This document shows, piece after piece, positions 9,494 to 21,040 of a stretch of DNA of 64,000 nucleotides. This stretch comes from Candidatus Binatia bacterium. Lineage in GTDB: Bacteria; Desulfobacterota; Binatia; Bin18. The DNA is taken from assembly GCA_963666315.2 (NCBI GenBank), contig CAXXHG010000010.1, positions 107,621-171,620 on the forward strand, in the 5' to 3' direction. The position numbers were made by a program, and so were the translations under genes. Under the pieces are notes generated by a model. That model was not told the DNA's origin. It was given only the letters and a program-made list of their open reading frames with translations, and ran no database searches. How positions within the stretch are numbered: the stretch's first letter is position 1; each line of letters opens with the position of its first letter.

Positions 9494-10807
9494 TCAGATG
9501 GTTCCGGACGAGTCTTGAGCCGCTTGTTGCGCTCGGGCTAGGGGAGGGTCAGAAAAAAGCGGCAAGACTTCGCCAGCCAAGAAGAGTGATCCACACACAA
9601 CAATCACATCGTGCGGTCCGGCTTCAGCCAGCAGTTGTCGGCAGGCCGTCTGCGCCCCGGTCACAACCCGAACCGGGCAATGAGAGGAAAAAGCCGCGTG
9701 GACCGTATATGGATCTTCCGCGCGGGGTTGTGCAACGGCCGTCACCACGACCTGGGAGGCGATCCGCCCCAGAATAGGCACCATCGCCCGCCAATCCTTG
9801 TCTCGCATAACTCCGAATAAAAAGATCACGCGTTTATCTGGGGCAAGAAGACGGAGTTCAGCCATCAACGTTTCCATGGCCTGCATATTATGCGCGCCAT
9901 CGACAATCACAAAAGGGCGAGCAGAGACGATATCCAGCCGGCCCGGCCAGGTGACCGATTGGAGCCCGATAGAAATCTGGGCCGTCGTAACCGGGAAGAC
10001 TGCCTGGATACATCCTAGGGCAGCACATGCCACAGCCGCATTCCGCCTCTGAAACTTTCCGTGCAAAGAGACCGGCAGATCATCCAACCGCCACGGCTGG
10101 CCCCGATATCGGCTGCGGCCTGACGCGTCTTCCTGAAGCGTAAAGTCCTGACCATATATGAGAGTCGGACTCTGGCGGTCTTGGGCGGCGCGGCGTAAAA
10201 TCGACAGACTCTCGGATTCCAGCCTGCCTATGACCACTGGCACCCCAGGCTTGATTATCCCGCCTTTCTCGCGTGCGATATCAGACAGCGTTGGACCAAG
10301 ATACTGTTGGTGATCCAGCCCAATACTCGTAATCACAGACACAAGTGGAGAGAGCACATTTGTGGCATCCAGCCGCCCGCCTAAACCAACTTCTACCACC
10401 GCGAGGTCAACCCGCGTTTGGGCAAAGGCGCGAAAAGCCAGCACCGTCATCATTTCAAACGGAGTCAGTCGCAGCGCAGAAGGTGCTATGCACGCCCGAA
10501 TTGCCGCCACGCCATCCACCACTTCTTGCTCGGTGATGTATCGCCGTCCCAGCCGAATCCGCTCACAAAAGTCAATCAGATGTGGAGAAGTAAACAAGCC
10601 CACCCGGTAGCCTGCTGCGCTCAGGACGGCATGCAGCATTGCCGCAGTTGATCCTTTCCCGTTTGTTCCGGCAATGTGGATAGCAGGGAACTGGGCATGC
10701 GGCTCGCGACACAGGCGCAGCGCGTGAGTCGTACGGTCAAGTTTGAGGTCCATACGCTCGACCTCAAGGCCATACAACCAGGCCAGCGTATCAGAGTAGT
10801 GCGGCAT
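9494..10807 (-). CDS. folC: Folylpolyglutamate synthase/dihydrofolate synthase
   Basis: IHIAGTNGKGST, FTSPHL, EVGLGGRLDATN, DGAHN; start moved to ATG 10807 after GGAAGGG. Confidence 0.93.
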   Translation of the reverse strand: MPHYSDTLAWLYGLEVERMDLKLDRTTHALRLCREPHAQFPAIHIAGTNGKGSTAAMLHAVLSAAGYRVGLFTSPHLIDFCERIRLGRRYITEQEVVDGVAAIRACIAPSALRLTPFEMMTVLAFRAFAQTRVDLAVVEVGLGGRLDATNVLSPLVSVITSIGLDHQQYLGPTLSDIAREKGGIIKPGVPVVIGRLESESLSILRRAAQDRQSPTLIYGQDFTLQEDASGRSRYRGQPWRLDDLPVSLHGKFQRRNAAVACAALGCIQAVFPVTTAQISIGLQSVTWPGRLDIVSARPFVIVDGAHNMQAMETLMAELRLLAPDKRVIFLFGVMRDKDWRAMVPILGRIASQVVVTAVAQPRAEDPYTVHAAFSSHCPVRVVTGAQTACRQLLAEAGPHDVIVVCGSLFLAGEVLPLFSDPPLARAQQAAQDSSGTI

Positions 10808-10856
10808 CCCTTCCTTCTGAGGTACAGACTGAGATACAGATTTCGGGGATATCGCG

Positions 10857-11723
10857 CTAGGCGGACAGATCCGACTCCGCCGACTGAGAATCGGCACGCT
10901 GTACAGGGTCGCACAGCATCCCCAGCAGTTGGTGTATGACTCGACGCAAATCTTTGCGCTCAACAATCAGGTCAACCATGCCATGCTTGAGGAGGAACTC
11001 TGCCCGCTGAAAACCAGGCGGGAGCTTCTCCCGTATGGTCTGCTCAATGACACGTGGACCGGCAAAACCAATCAAAGCACCTGGTTCAGCAATATTAATA
11101 TCACCCAGCATACCCAGCGACGCCGCCACCCCACCTGTGGTGGGATCGGTCAACACCGACAGATAGGGAAGATGCGCCGCACGCAAACGACCCAGCGCCA
11201 TAGTCACCTTTGCCATCTGCATCAGAGACAAGACCCCTTCTTGCATACGGGCCCCACCAGAGGCAGAGAAAAAAATCACGGGGAGCTTATCCACAAGGGC
11301 GTATTCAACGATGCGGGTCAACTTTTCTCCAACCACCGTCCCCATACTGCCGCCAAGAAATGTAAAATCAAAACAACCCAACGCGATACGACGGCCCTCA
11401 ATGGTCGCGACACCACACACGACGGCTTCTTCTCGTCCAGACCCTCTACGGGCGCTCTCCAATCGACTGAGATAGGGTTTTTTGTCAGTAAACGTGAGCG
11501 GGTCGTTTGAATTCAGCCCCCGTTCGCGTTCGATGAATGAGCCGCGATCAACGATGGTGAGTAGCCGTTGTTCAACTGTCAGACGAAGATGCGCCCCGCA
11601 TTTAGGACAGATAAAGAGCCGCCGCTCAACTTCCTTGCGGAAAAGAATTTCTTGACAGGTAGAGCACTTGAGCCAAATGGCTTCTGTCTCCGCTTGCCCT
11701 GGTTTCTGTTTTTGCCCCGTCAT
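10857..11723 (-). CDS. accD: Acetyl-CoA carboxylase carboxyltransferase beta
   Basis: Zn ribbon CxxC..CxxC, FLGGSMG, SGGARMQEG, GFAGPRVIEQT. Confidence 0.96.
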   Translation of the reverse strand: MTGQKQKPGQAETEAIWLKCSTCQEILFRKEVERRLFICPKCGAHLRLTVEQRLLTIVDRGSFIERERGLNSNDPLTFTDKKPYLSRLESARRGSGREEAVVCGVATIEGRRIALGCFDFTFLGGSMGTVVGEKLTRIVEYALVDKLPVIFFSASGGARMQEGVLSLMQMAKVTMALGRLRAAHLPYLSVLTDPTTGGVAASLGMLGDINIAEPGALIGFAGPRVIEQTIREKLPPGFQRAEFLLKHGMVDLIVERKDLRRVIHQLLGMLCDPVQRADSQSAESDLSA

Positions 11724-11740
11724 GCCTCGCTCTCCGTAGA

Positions 11741-12592
11741 CTAGGATTGTGGTGACGACACCGCCTGTCTATCGCCACGCAGAGAGATTGTTGCCACACC
11801 GCGCAAAGCGGATTTAAGTTGGGCAACAAACGCCCCGACGCGCTCAACCATATCAGCTTGCCCCAGGGATTGCTCAATAATCTGCGAGATCGCACTCCCA
11901 ACAATCGCCGCATCCGCAACTCCCGCGACCTGGGCTGCCTGCTCAGGAGAGGAAATACCAAATCCTACCCCGACCGGCACAGGCGATATGGCGCGGATGC
12001 GGCGGACCATATCACCCAAGTCCGCCGGTAATGTCGTCCGTGCTCCCGTCACCCCGGTCACCGCAACATAGTAGATAAATCCTCGGGCACGAGTCAGTAC
12101 GGCTTGCGCTCGGGCCAGAGAACTTGTTGGCGCAAGCAGAAAAATCATGTCCAGATCATGCAGGTCGGTTGCCCGCTTCAGCTCATCGGCTTCTTCGGGT
12201 GGCAGATCCACACACAAGACCCCATCGACCCCAGCCCGGCGAGCATCCTCGGCAAACCGCTCTCCGCCGTACCGAAAAATCGGATTGTAATATCCCATAA
12301 GAAGAATAGGGACCGAGAGCGACTGCCGCAGTCGGCTCACTAAACCGAGGATATGCGACAGAGAAGTCCCATTTCGCACGGCACGTTCCGCCGCCCGCTG
12401 CAGCGTCGGGCCGTCAGCCATCGGATCGGAAAAGGGTACCCCAAGCTCGATTATATCTGCGCCCTGACGCACCATCTCCTGGACGAGCGCAAAGGTCGTT
12501 TGAATATCCGGATCACCGGCAGTAATGAAAGGGATAAGCGCCACCTCACCACGTGCCCGTAAAGCGCTAAAGGTCTGAGAAATTCTCGTCAT
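11741..12592 (-). CDS. trpA: Tryptophan synthase alpha chain
   Basis: [26 protein letters not shown]. Confidence 0.96.
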   Translation of the reverse strand: MTRISQTFSALRARGEVALIPFITAGDPDIQTTFALVQEMVRQGADIIELGVPFSDPMADGPTLQRAAERAVRNGTSLSHILGLVSRLRQSLSVPILLMGYYNPIFRYGGERFAEDARRAGVDGVLCVDLPPEEADELKRATDLHDLDMIFLLAPTSSLARAQAVLTRARGFIYYVAVTGVTGARTTLPADLGDMVRRIRAISPVPVGVGFGISSPEQAAQVAGVADAAIVGSAISQIIEQSLGQADMVERVGAFVAQLKSALRGVATISLRGDRQAVSSPQS

Positions 12593-13779
12593 ACGCCGGA
12601 TTCCCCGAGGAAGTGGGCTACGCTTTGCAAATCCTTATCACCGCGGCCAGAAATATTGATCACCACAATAGTATCCGAGGGTAGTTGAGGCACGAGGGTC
12701 ACCGCATACGTCACGGCATGGGCACTTTCTAGAGCAGGAATAATCCCCTCGGTCTCAGCCAAAAGCTGCATGCCTTCAACCGCCTGCGTATCTTGGACCG
12801 CGACATACTGAATCCGCTGTTGGTCGTTCCAATAGCTCAGTTCCGGCCCGACGCCGGGGTAGTCCAACCCAGGGGCAAGAGAGTGGGTTGCCGCAATAAG
12901 TCCCGTCTCATCCTGCAGTAGATACGTCTTACTGCCGTGCAGGACACCGATCTGACCATTGGTGATCGACGCCGCGTTTTGTCCTTCTCCCAATCCTCCG
13001 CCTTCTACACCTATCATCCGTACCGTTGGGTCCGTCAAAAACGGGCTAAACAAGCCCATCGCGTTACTGCCCCCACCAACACACGCGATAAGATAGTCAG
13101 GAAGACGTCCTTCCTTTTGCCGGATTTGCCTTTTTGCCTCGTGGCCGATGACAGATTGGAAGTCTCGTACAAGCATCGGATAGGGGTGAGGGCCGGCCAC
13201 TGTTCCAATAACGTAGAAAGTATCCTGGACCTGGGTGATCCAGTCACGCAATGCCTCATTCATGGCATCTTTCAGAGTCTGACTGCCACTTTTTACCTCG
13301 CGCAGTGTTGCCCCTAACAACCGCATCCGAAAGACGTTCGGCGCTTGACGAACGATATCTTCACTGCCCATAAAGACTTCGCACTCAAACCCGAGCAGCG
13401 CAGCAACAGTCGCCGTTGCTACTCCGTGCTGCCCAGCCCCAGTTTCAGCGATCAAGCGGTGTTTCCCCATACGTTTTGCTAAGAGCGCTTGGCCTATCGT
13501 GTTATTGATCTTATGCGCTCCGGTGTGGCACAAATCTTCGCGTTTTAAATAGACCTTTGCTCCGCCAAGACGTTCGGTCAGTCGTACGGCATACGTGAGC
13601 GGGGTCGGTCGGCCTACATACTCATGTTGCAAGTCTCGCAACGCGCGTCTAAAGACAGGATCCCGCCGGCATTGCCGATAGACCTCTTCGAGCTCGATCA
13701 AGGCTGGCATAAGGGTTTCCGCAACATAGCGGCCCCCATATGCCCCAAAATGTCCGTGTTTATCCGGCAGTCTTGGCAT
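12589..13779 (-). CDS. trpB: Tryptophan synthase beta chain
   Basis: [18 protein letters not shown] motif, [16 protein letters not shown]. Confidence 0.97.
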   Translation of the reverse strand: MPRLPDKHGHFGAYGGRYVAETLMPALIELEEVYRQCRRDPVFRRALRDLQHEYVGRPTPLTYAVRLTERLGGAKVYLKREDLCHTGAHKINNTIGQALLAKRMGKHRLIAETGAGQHGVATATVAALLGFECEVFMGSEDIVRQAPNVFRMRLLGATLREVKSGSQTLKDAMNEALRDWITQVQDTFYVIGTVAGPHPYPMLVRDFQSVIGHEAKRQIRQKEGRLPDYLIACVGGGSNAMGLFSPFLTDPTVRMIGVEGGGLGEGQNAASITNGQIGVLHGSKTYLLQDETGLIAATHSLAPGLDYPGVGPELSYWNDQQRIQYVAVQDTQAVEGMQLLAETEGIIPALESAHAVTYAVTLVPQLPSDTIVVINISGRGDKDLQSVAHFLGESGV

Positions 13780-14395
13780 TGTGGATGAAAGTATGTAGTT
13801 TTTCTATGTCTTTGCGCCCTGGTGCAAATTCAACACCGCTGGCAACATCGATCGCCCACGGCCTCACAGTTCGGACCGCCTCAGCAACATTCTCGGGCGT
13901 TAATCCACCTGCTAGAATTATGCGCTCAAGAAATGGGACGGGCAAAGATGCCGCCTGTTCCCAGGCAAACGTTTTGCCCGTTCCTCCGTATCGGCCCGGT
14001 CTATACGTGTCAAGCAGGACATAGTCCGCCTGAGAGCGTGCCACACGTTCTAAAAGTCCGGCCAGTGACTCATGCTGCGGTACACGCACGGCCTGGATAG
14101 TCTGTACGGACCATCCCTCCAGGGCAGTCGTATCCTCATCGCCGTGAAACTGGATGGCGTCCAGCTCCAGGGATTCGACGAGAGCGGCAATCTGTGTACG
14201 CGCGGCGTTTACAAAAACGCCAACGCACAGCACATGACCGGGCAGGGCAGCTCGAATCTCTTGGGCTGTCGTCTCAGCAACTGCACGCGGACTCCGCGGA
14301 TAGAAATTCAGTCCAATGAGGTCGGCCCCAGCCTGGACGGCGTACTGGGCATCAGCGACGCTGGTCACGCCACATATTTTCACGCGTATGGACAT
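13760..14395 (-). CDS. trpF: Phosphoribosylanthranilate isomerase
   Basis: MSIRVKICG start, [27 protein letters not shown]. Confidence 0.95.
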   Translation of the reverse strand: MSIRVKICGVTSVADAQYAVQAGADLIGLNFYPRSPRAVAETTAQEIRAALPGHVLCVGVFVNAARTQIAALVESLELDAIQFHGDEDTTALEGWSVQTIQAVRVPQHESLAGLLERVARSQADYVLLDTYRPGRYGGTGKTFAWEQAASLPVPFLERIILAGGLTPENVAEAVRTVRPWAIDVASGVEFAPGRKDIEKLHTFIHNAKTAG

Positions 14396-14402
14396 GGCGC
14401 AT

Positions 14403-15185
14403 TTAGGAGACCCGGCCCAACAAGCTCCGCAGTGGGACTCCAGGATCCGGGGCAGCCATGAAGGTCTCACCAATGAGAAAAGCCCGGACGCCCTGTGCCT
14501 CTAGCCGATCTAATTGGTCTGTGGTTGAAAGCCCACTCTCGGAAACAACACACACATCTGGCGGCAGTCCCCTGACTAGTCGTTCGCTCGTTTCAATAGT
14601 CGTGCGAAACGTCCACAAGTCACGATTATTGATACCGAGCAACTGCACCCCACAGGCGAGCGCTCGTGCCAACTCTTGCTCGTCATGCACTTCCACCAGA
14701 CAATCAAGATCGAGTGTTTTTGCGAGGCCGCTCAATTCTTGTATCTGGGCATTTTCGAGTATGGCCACAATGAGCAGTATCGCACTCGCCCCAAACGCGC
14801 GCGCTTCATAGACTTGGTAGTCATCAAACACAAAGTCTTTTCGGAGCAACGGCAACGTCACGTGCTGGCGGATCTTTTGGAGGGACTCGAGGCTGCCCTG
14901 GAAAAACTTCTTTTCCGTGAGAACCGAGATCGCCGCTGCGCCTGACGCGGCATATATTTTCGCCAGGGCAAGCGGGTCAAAATCTTCGCGGATGACACCT
15001 TTGGAGGGAGATGCCTTTTTCACCTCAGCAATAATCGCACGACCAGAGCAGGATTGCAGTGCGCTCAGAAAGCCTGGAACAGGCGCATGGAACAGTGCCA
15101 GATCCTGCAGTTGGGCACGTGATAGCGTTTTTTTTTGGACGGCGACTTCTTCTCGCTTAGCAGCAACAATATCGTCAAGAATCAT
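14403..15185 (-). CDS. trpC: Indole-3-glycerol phosphate synthase
   Basis: IAEVKKASPSKG, LRKDF, GINNRDL, SESG. Confidence 0.96.
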   Translation of the reverse strand: MILDDIVAAKREEVAVQKKTLSRAQLQDLALFHAPVPGFLSALQSCSGRAIIAEVKKASPSKGVIREDFDPLALAKIYAASGAAAISVLTEKKFFQGSLESLQKIRQHVTLPLLRKDFVFDDYQVYEARAFGASAILLIVAILENAQIQELSGLAKTLDLDCLVEVHDEQELARALACGVQLLGINNRDLWTFRTTIETSERLVRGLPPDVCVVSESGLSTTDQLDRLEAQGVRAFLIGETFMAAPDPGVPLRSLLGRVS

Positions 15186-16204
15186 ACTGTTTCCGCATGC
15201 GTTAACGGAATCAAGCGTTCCAGCGTCCGCGCAGCAGCTCCGCTATCAACCGTTTTCTCAGCAAGTTGCACTCCCGCCAGCAATGACTCTACAGCGTCTC
15301 CAGCGTAGAGAGCTGCTCCAGCATTGAGCAGAACGATGTCCCGGTGAGGCCCCGGCGCTCCCGCTAATACGGATCGAATGATGTCAGCCGACTCCTGAGC
15401 ACTCGAGACCTGCAACTCTGACAACTGGCAGCGCGGGAAGCCAAAGTCTTCCGGATCGACGCTGAACGACTGAACTCCTTGAGGGCCCCACTCCGCAATG
15501 GCGGTTGGGCCGGTAAGAGAAATTTCGTCTAGCCCGTCCTCCCCATGGACCACCAAGGCATGCGTGCTTCCCAATCGACCCAGCGCTTCAGCCAACGGCT
15601 GCACCCAGCGCTGGTCAAATACCCCGACGAGTTGATAGCGCGCCCCAGCCGGATTCGTCAGCGGTCCAAGAATATTGAACACCGTCCGTATTCCGATTTC
15701 CCGACGCGGCCCAACCGCATGGCGCATAGCCCGATGAAAAGCCGGTGCGAATAAGAATCCGAACCCAATCTCGCGCATGCAGTGTTCCACCCGCTCTGGA
15801 GACAGCTCGATGCGCGCCCCGAGCGTTTCCAGAACATCCGCTCCTCCGACGCTCCCAGACATCGCCCGATTGCCATGCTTAGCCACACACAGACCCGCTG
15901 CGGCAACAACAAAGGCGGAACAGGTCGAAATATTAAACGTGTGACAGCCATCACCACCAGTGCCACAGGTATCGACTACTGCCCGTCCCGGACGAACTCG
16001 TGTCGCCATCGATCGCATGGCAAGGGCTGCTCCAGAGATCTCAGCAACCGTTTCGCCTTTGATATGCAGCGCAGTCAACAAAGACCCAATCTGAGCTGGC
16101 GTCGCTTGTCCGTCCATCAGATCTGCAATGGTCTGATGCATCTCTTCTTCGGTGAGATCAAGACCAGCTGTCACGCGAATAATGGCATCTTTGAAGGTCA
16201 TCAC
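15182..16204 (-). CDS. trpD: Anthranilate phosphoribosyltransferase
   Basis: DTCGTGGDG, NIST, KHGNR, GPLTNP, DGLDE. Confidence 0.96.
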   Translation of the reverse strand: MMTFKDAIIRVTAGLDLTEEEMHQTIADLMDGQATPAQIGSLLTALHIKGETVAEISGAALAMRSMATRVRPGRAVVDTCGTGGDGCHTFNISTCSAFVVAAAGLCVAKHGNRAMSGSVGGADVLETLGARIELSPERVEHCMREIGFGFLFAPAFHRAMRHAVGPRREIGIRTVFNILGPLTNPAGARYQLVGVFDQRWVQPLAEALGRLGSTHALVVHGEDGLDEISLTGPTAIAEWGPQGVQSFSVDPEDFGFPRCQLSELQVSSAQESADIIRSVLAGAPGPHRDIVLLNAGAALYAGDAVESLLAGVQLAEKTVDSGAAARTLERLIPLTHAETV

Positions 16205-16219
16205 TGTACCAACCGTATC

Positions 16220-16858
16220 TTAATCTGAGACGAGAAATGCCTGAGTGAATTTTCCTTCTCGTCGGAAGCGAGATGCCACAAGCTGCGCCTCTGTTTGCGT
16301 GAATGTCCCCACGCGTATGCGATACCAGACTTCGCCATTGCGGGTAATCGTGTTCACTGCTGCCGCGTGTCCTTGTCTGCGCAGCTCGGCTGCCATATAT
16401 TGAGCCGTGTGCCGCTTTTTCGTGACGTGGACCTGGATGCTCCAGCTTCCCGAGCCCGGTCCCTGTGCTTTCCGAATCTCCGGTTTGGCCGTACTCTTGG
16501 ATACCACAGGCTGCGTGGCCGCAGGTGCGTTCTCTCTCAGCCGAGTTGCTGGGGAGGCCGTCGGCGCAGGGACAGGATGCGGAGAGAGGCCGTGTGGCGG
16601 GGATGCCCGCTGTAAGAGGTGTTCCTCGACAAGAGGGAGAGATGGTGGGGAAGCGCGGGTCCGAGCTACATCTTCAGAAGCGTGGATGGGAAAACGGACC
16701 GTACGCGTCTCCTGCGCAGTCTTGTACGCTTGCACTTCTTTTCCAATGTATACCCCAAAAGCAAAAACAAGGAAGAAACTGGTCAGGGCACTCAGGAACA
16801 AGATACATCCTTCGGAGAGATTAAAATGGAAGGCGTAGTGTTGCTCTGGCATAGCCAT
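16220..16858 (-). CDS. SPOR-domain membrane protein (DedD/FtsN-like architecture)
   Basis: N-terminal TM, Pro/Ala-rich linker, C-terminal WSIQV...WYRIRVG SPOR pattern. Confidence 0.8.
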   Translation of the reverse strand: MAMPEQHYAFHFNLSEGCILFLSALTSFFLVFAFGVYIGKEVQAYKTAQETRTVRFPIHASEDVARTRASPPSLPLVEEHLLQRASPPHGLSPHPVPAPTASPATRLRENAPAATQPVVSKSTAKPEIRKAQGPGSGSWSIQVHVTKKRHTAQYMAAELRRQGHAAAVNTITRNGEVWYRIRVGTFTQTEAQLVASRFRREGKFTQAFLVSD

Positions 16859-16881
16859 CCTCCCTGTCTATTCCTCATATG

Positions 16882-16913
16882 ACAAAGGGGGAGCGATGCT
16901 CCCCCTTTGTTTT
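16882..16913. terminator. Intrinsic terminator-like hairpin downstream of rplQ
   Basis: Perfect 13-bp stem ACAAAGGGGGAGC-GAT-GCTCCCCCTTTGT, T-rich after the stem in both orientations. Confidence 0.75.
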
Positions 16914-16970
16914 CCAATCCGAATTGATTCCTGCCGTTTTCCTTGCTACCGCCAGACGCCACTGCCACGC

Positions 16971-17369
16971 CTATGAGTTCGCAGCACGTCCCGCCACAGT
17001 CGATGGGTCGGCCTTACGTTCGGTAAATTCAACAAGAGAAATAGGAGCGGCATCCCCTCGACGTGGCCCTATCTTGAGTACACGCGTATACCCTCCAGAA
17101 CGACTCTGAAAGCGAGGAGCCACCTCGTCAAACAAGCGCTGGACGAGCCGGCGGCTCCCGAGATACGAAAAGGCCAAACGCCGCGCATGGACAGAATTCT
17201 TTTTGCCTAAGGTCACCATGCGGTCTGCCCATCTGCGCAGCTCTTTCGCTTTCGCATCAGTCGTCTGGATTTGTTCACGCAGCAGCAGTGCTTTAACTAA
17301 ATTGCGCATGAGAGCTTTTCTATGTGCCGCTGTCCGGTTCAGTTTCCGCCCTGTTTTGAGATGTCGCAT
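16971..17369 (-). CDS. rplQ: 50S ribosomal protein L17
   Basis: MRHLKTGRKLNRT, GGYTRVLK, RRGDAA. Confidence 0.97.
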   Translation of the reverse strand: MRHLKTGRKLNRTAAHRKALMRNLVKALLLREQIQTTDAKAKELRRWADRMVTLGKKNSVHARRLAFSYLGSRRLVQRLFDEVAPRFQSRSGGYTRVLKIGPRRGDAAPISLVEFTERKADPSTVAGRAANS

Positions 17370-17398
17370 GTCCCACTTCCCCTTGTTTCGTCCCTTAT

Positions 17399-18424
17399 TT
17401 ATGCCGGATTCCCCTCACGGGAGGCTCGCATTCTGTCCAGCTCCTCGCGAGTGGGAGGTTCGTCCAGATGCATGCCAAGCTCCAGCTCCATCTCGTGCAA
17501 GAGGTCCTTAATCTCGTTCAGAGATTTTCGGCCGAAATTCTTCGTCTTCAGCAATTCTGGTTCAGTCTTGACAATGAGTTCTCCGATGTAACGCAGGTCA
17601 GCGCTTTGTAAACAGTTGGCAGAACGGACCGAGAGATTGAGATCTTCGATGGGACGAAACAGATTTTCATTCGGCAGGGGCTGTTCTTCTTGCCTGTCCC
17701 GATCCTCAGAGCCTTCCCCTTCTTCTGCTGGACCCGAAAAGATCGTTAGCTGATCCTGGACAATTCGGGCAGCAGAAGCGACGGCCTCTTTAGGACCTAT
17801 GCTCCCATCGGTCCACACCTCTAGCGAAAGATGCTCAAAATCGGTCCGTTGTCCTACACGTGCACTGGTCACCGTCACATTGACCTTACGGACAGGAGAA
17901 AATGCCGCATCTAGTGGGATCGTTCCAATGGGATCCTCTTCAGATTTATGCCGCTCAGCGATGACATATCCGCGACCTGTACTCACCTCTGCTTCGAGGT
18001 CAAGTTGCGCATCTTTCCCCAGCTGGGCAACATGGGCTTCGGGGTTGATAATATCGACCTGGGGGCCGACAGAGAAGTCGCCGGCAGAAACACTCTTGGC
18101 CCCACGGACCTTGAGGGTCGCCGTTGCCGTATCGCCGTCGTGGAACCGAAATCGGATTTCTTTCAGGTTGAGTAACAGGTCGGTGACATCTTCTGTCATT
18201 CCAGGAATGGTAGAAAATTCATGGACGACATCTTGAATGCGCACCTTGGTAATGGCCGCCCCGGATAGCGAGGATAACAAGACCCGCCGCAACGTATTGC
18301 CTAAAGTCAAGCCGAATCCCCGCTCAAAGGGTTCCCCAATGAAACGGCCGTATGTTGAAGTCAAGGTTTTTTCTTCAACATCGAGTATCTTGGGCTTCAC
18401 GAGGTCACGCCAACTCTCCTGCAT
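17399..18424 (-). CDS. rpoA: RNA polymerase alpha subunit
   Basis: EPFERGFGLTLGNTLRRVLLSS, LSVRSANCL, NFGRKSL; start at ATG 18424 after GAGGGAG. Confidence 0.97.
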   Translation of the reverse strand: MQESWRDLVKPKILDVEEKTLTSTYGRFIGEPFERGFGLTLGNTLRRVLLSSLSGAAITKVRIQDVVHEFSTIPGMTEDVTDLLLNLKEIRFRFHDGDTATATLKVRGAKSVSAGDFSVGPQVDIINPEAHVAQLGKDAQLDLEAEVSTGRGYVIAERHKSEEDPIGTIPLDAAFSPVRKVNVTVTSARVGQRTDFEHLSLEVWTDGSIGPKEAVASAARIVQDQLTIFSGPAEEGEGSEDRDRQEEQPLPNENLFRPIEDLNLSVRSANCLQSADLRYIGELIVKTEPELLKTKNFGRKSLNEIKDLLHEMELELGMHLDEPPTREELDRMRASREGNPA

Positions 18425-18485
18425 GCTGCTCCCTCTTTCGTCTTGCATCCGTACCCCACCCTGCTCTACACGTCGCTTTGCTACG

Positions 18486-19118
18486 TTAGACTTTTGAGTA
18501 CAACTCTACGATCAATTGTTCATTGATAGGCAAAGTAATTTCGGACCGTTCGGGCAACGCACGGACACGTCCAGAAAACGAGTCCATTTGGACCTCAAGC
18601 CATTCCGGAACTCCACGCCGCTGCGCGAGTTCAGCGGATTCTTGGATCCGAGCAATTTTTCGACTCGCCTCACGGACCTGGATCTCATCTCCGGCTTTCA
18701 CAGAGTACGAGGGGATCGTCACCCGTCGTCCGTTAACAAGGAAATGACCATGTCGGACAAGCTGGCGAGCTTCTGAACGTGAGGTAGCGAATCCCATACG
18801 ATATACCATATTATCAAGCCGACTCTCTAGAAGCACGAGAAGATTTTCACCGGTGATCCCGCGTCCACGCTCCGCACGCGCAAAGAGTCGACGGAAGGGG
18901 CCTTCGAGAGTACCGTACATACGCTTCAGTTTTTGCTTTTCTCGTAACTGGACATGATACTCTGTCGGCTTCCGGCCCCGTGCCTGACCATGCTGTCCAG
19001 GCGGATAGCCCCGTCTCTCGATCCCACATTTATCGGTATAACACCGTTCGCCTTTGAGGAAGAGTTTGAGTCCCTCCCGGCGGCACAGGCGACAAGCCGG
19101 CCCTCTATATCGTGCCAC
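18486..19118 (-). CDS. rpsD: 30S ribosomal protein S4
   Basis: [30 protein letters not shown]. Confidence 0.97.
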   Translation of the reverse strand: MARYRGPACRLCRREGLKLFLKGERCYTDKCGIERRGYPPGQHGQARGRKPTEYHVQLREKQKLKRMYGTLEGPFRRLFARAERGRGITGENLLVLLESRLDNMVYRMGFATSRSEARQLVRHGHFLVNGRRVTIPSYSVKAGDEIQVREASRKIARIQESAELAQRRGVPEWLEVQMDSFSGRVRALPERSEITLPINEQLIVELYSKV

Positions 19119-19171
19119 AAAAACCTCCAGATCCTTGCATTGGTCTGATGACCTCCACTCCCTCTCCTCTG

Positions 19172-19570
19172 TTAAACACGACGACGCTTTGGAGGTCGAC
19201 AGCCATTATGAGGGATGGGCGTCACATCTCGAATGAGGCTGACCGCAAATCCAGCTGATTGGAGGGCACGCAGGGCAGATTCTCTCCCTGCTCCAGGCCC
19301 CTTCACATGCACCTGAACCGAGCGCATACCTGAATCGACAGCCTTACGTGCCGCGCTTTCTGCTGCCATTTGTGCTGCAAATGGCGTCCCTTTGCGTGAC
19401 CCTTTAAATCCAACACTACCCGCACTGGCCCACGCAACAACATTTCCTTTCGGGTCAGCAATCGTCACGATCGTATTATTGAAAGTCGAATGAATATTCA
19501 CGACACCTTCGGGGACGTTCCTTCGAATCTTTTTCTTCCGCGCTGTAGCGCGGTCAGCAGCTCTTGCCAT
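19172..19570 (-). CDS. rpsK: 30S ribosomal protein S11
   Basis: [26 protein letters not shown]. Confidence 0.97.
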   Translation of the reverse strand: MARAADRATARKKKIRRNVPEGVVNIHSTFNNTIVTIADPKGNVVAWASAGSVGFKGSRKGTPFAAQMAAESAARKAVDSGMRSVQVHVKGPGAGRESALRALQSAGFAVSLIRDVTPIPHNGCRPPKRRRV

Positions 19571-19596
19571 GCGTCTCTCCTCAGCTCTGCCACGAA

Positions 19597-19980
19597 CTAC
19601 TTCGGTGTAGGTGCGACCTTCCTCACCACGGCTGTGCGGCGAGGCCCTTTCCTGGTTCGGGAGTTGTTTTTTGTCTTCTGGCCTCGGACTGGCAGGTTGC
19701 GTCGATGCCGCAATCCCCGGTACGCACCAACCTCAATATAGTGCTTAATGTGACCAGCCACCTCCCGCCGCAGGTCACCTTCGACCCGATACCCCTGGTC
19801 GATCGCACGCCGTATGTCTGCGATCTCATCGTCGGCCAGCACATCCGAATTGGTGTCTTCGCCCACTCCAGCTTCCGCTAAAATTTTGAGAGCAGTCAGC
19901 CTCCCAATCCCATAGATATAGGTAAGGCCGATACCAATCTTCTTATTGCGCGGCAATTCTATCCCGGCAATACGCGCCAT
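19597..19980 (-). CDS. rpsM: 30S ribosomal protein S13
   Basis: [26 protein letters not shown]. Confidence 0.97.
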   Translation of the reverse strand: MARIAGIELPRNKKIGIGLTYIYGIGRLTALKILAEAGVGEDTNSDVLADDEIADIRRAIDQGYRVEGDLRREVAGHIKHYIEVGAYRGLRHRRNLPVRGQKTKNNSRTRKGPRRTAVVRKVAPTPK

Positions 19981-20023
19981 ACTATTTCTCCGTCTTCTTC
20001 ACTCAGTTTGGGAGGGCTTACCT

Positions 20024-20137
20024 TTAGCCCTGCCGCTGTTTATGACGAGGGTTTTCGCAAATGATACGAATAATCCCCTTGCGCCGAATGATTTTACACT
20101 TCCGACACATCGTTTTCACTGAAGCGCGAACTTTCAT
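20024..20137 (-). CDS. rpmJ: 50S ribosomal protein L36 (not in the ORF track)
   Basis: Hand translation [37 protein letters not shown]. Confidence 0.96.
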   Translation of the reverse strand: MKVRASVKTMCRKCKIIRRKGIIRIICENPRHKQRQG

Positions 20138-20192
20138 AGGAACCTCATTCTCTTTCTCGACCAGCAATCCCGCACTGTCATGACCTGCAGCC

Positions 20193-20960
20193 CTAAATCC
20201 GACTTAAAACGGCTGGGCCGTCAGCAGTAATGGCAACCGAGTGTTCAAAATGGGCGGAGATGCTGCCATCTTTTGTTACGGCAGTCCATCCATCATCTAA
20301 CATCGCAACCTCTGCCCCGCCCATATTGACCATAGGTTCAATGGCGATAACCATTCCTTCGCGGAGGCGGACTCCACGATTCCGTGTCCCATAATTTGGG
20401 ACAGGTGGATCTTCGTGTAATCTCCGTCCTACCCCATGGCCGACAAACTCTCGGACAACGGAAAACCCGGCCCTCTCGACACACTCTTGGACTGCGGCAG
20501 AGATGTCACCCAAACGATTTCCTACGCAGGCATGCTTCATCCCTATTTCAAGAGCCATCGAGGTTGTTTCTAGTAGCTGCTGGACGGAACGATCAACTTT
20601 CCCAACCGCAAAAGACACGGCAGCGTCACCATAAAAGCCTCTATACACTACACCAAAATCCAAGCTGACAATATCCCCATCTTTGATGCTCCGATGTGGA
20701 GACGGGATACCATGGACGATTTCGTTATTGAGCGAAATACAGATTGTCGCAGGAAAAGGGACTGAGCCGTTCCGGATGGTATACCCCTGAAACGCAGATT
20801 TTGCTCCTCGTTGCCGAATATATTCGGCTGCTATTCTATCAACTTCACCAGTCGTGGTCCCCGGACGGACCTGTAGTCGCAGTTCTGCAAGAATCTCGGA
20901 AACAATGCGATTGGCAGCCCGCATTATTTCTATCTCTTCAAGAGACTTAATAAAGATCAT
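20193..20960 (-). CDS. map: Methionine aminopeptidase type I
   Basis: HGIP, DIVSLD, GHGVG..LHE, AIEPM, SAHFEH. Confidence 0.96.
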   Translation of the reverse strand: MIFIKSLEEIEIMRAANRIVSEILAELRLQVRPGTTTGEVDRIAAEYIRQRGAKSAFQGYTIRNGSVPFPATICISLNNEIVHGIPSPHRSIKDGDIVSLDFGVVYRGFYGDAAVSFAVGKVDRSVQQLLETTSMALEIGMKHACVGNRLGDISAAVQECVERAGFSVVREFVGHGVGRRLHEDPPVPNYGTRNRGVRLREGMVIAIEPMVNMGGAEVAMLDDGWTAVTKDGSISAHFEHSVAITADGPAVLSRI

Positions 20961-21040
20961 CGAAGGAAGAAATCAAACCGGAAAATCATAGCCGTTTCTC
21001 ACAGAGTAAATTCTCTACTCCTTCGTCCACTCTTTTTACC

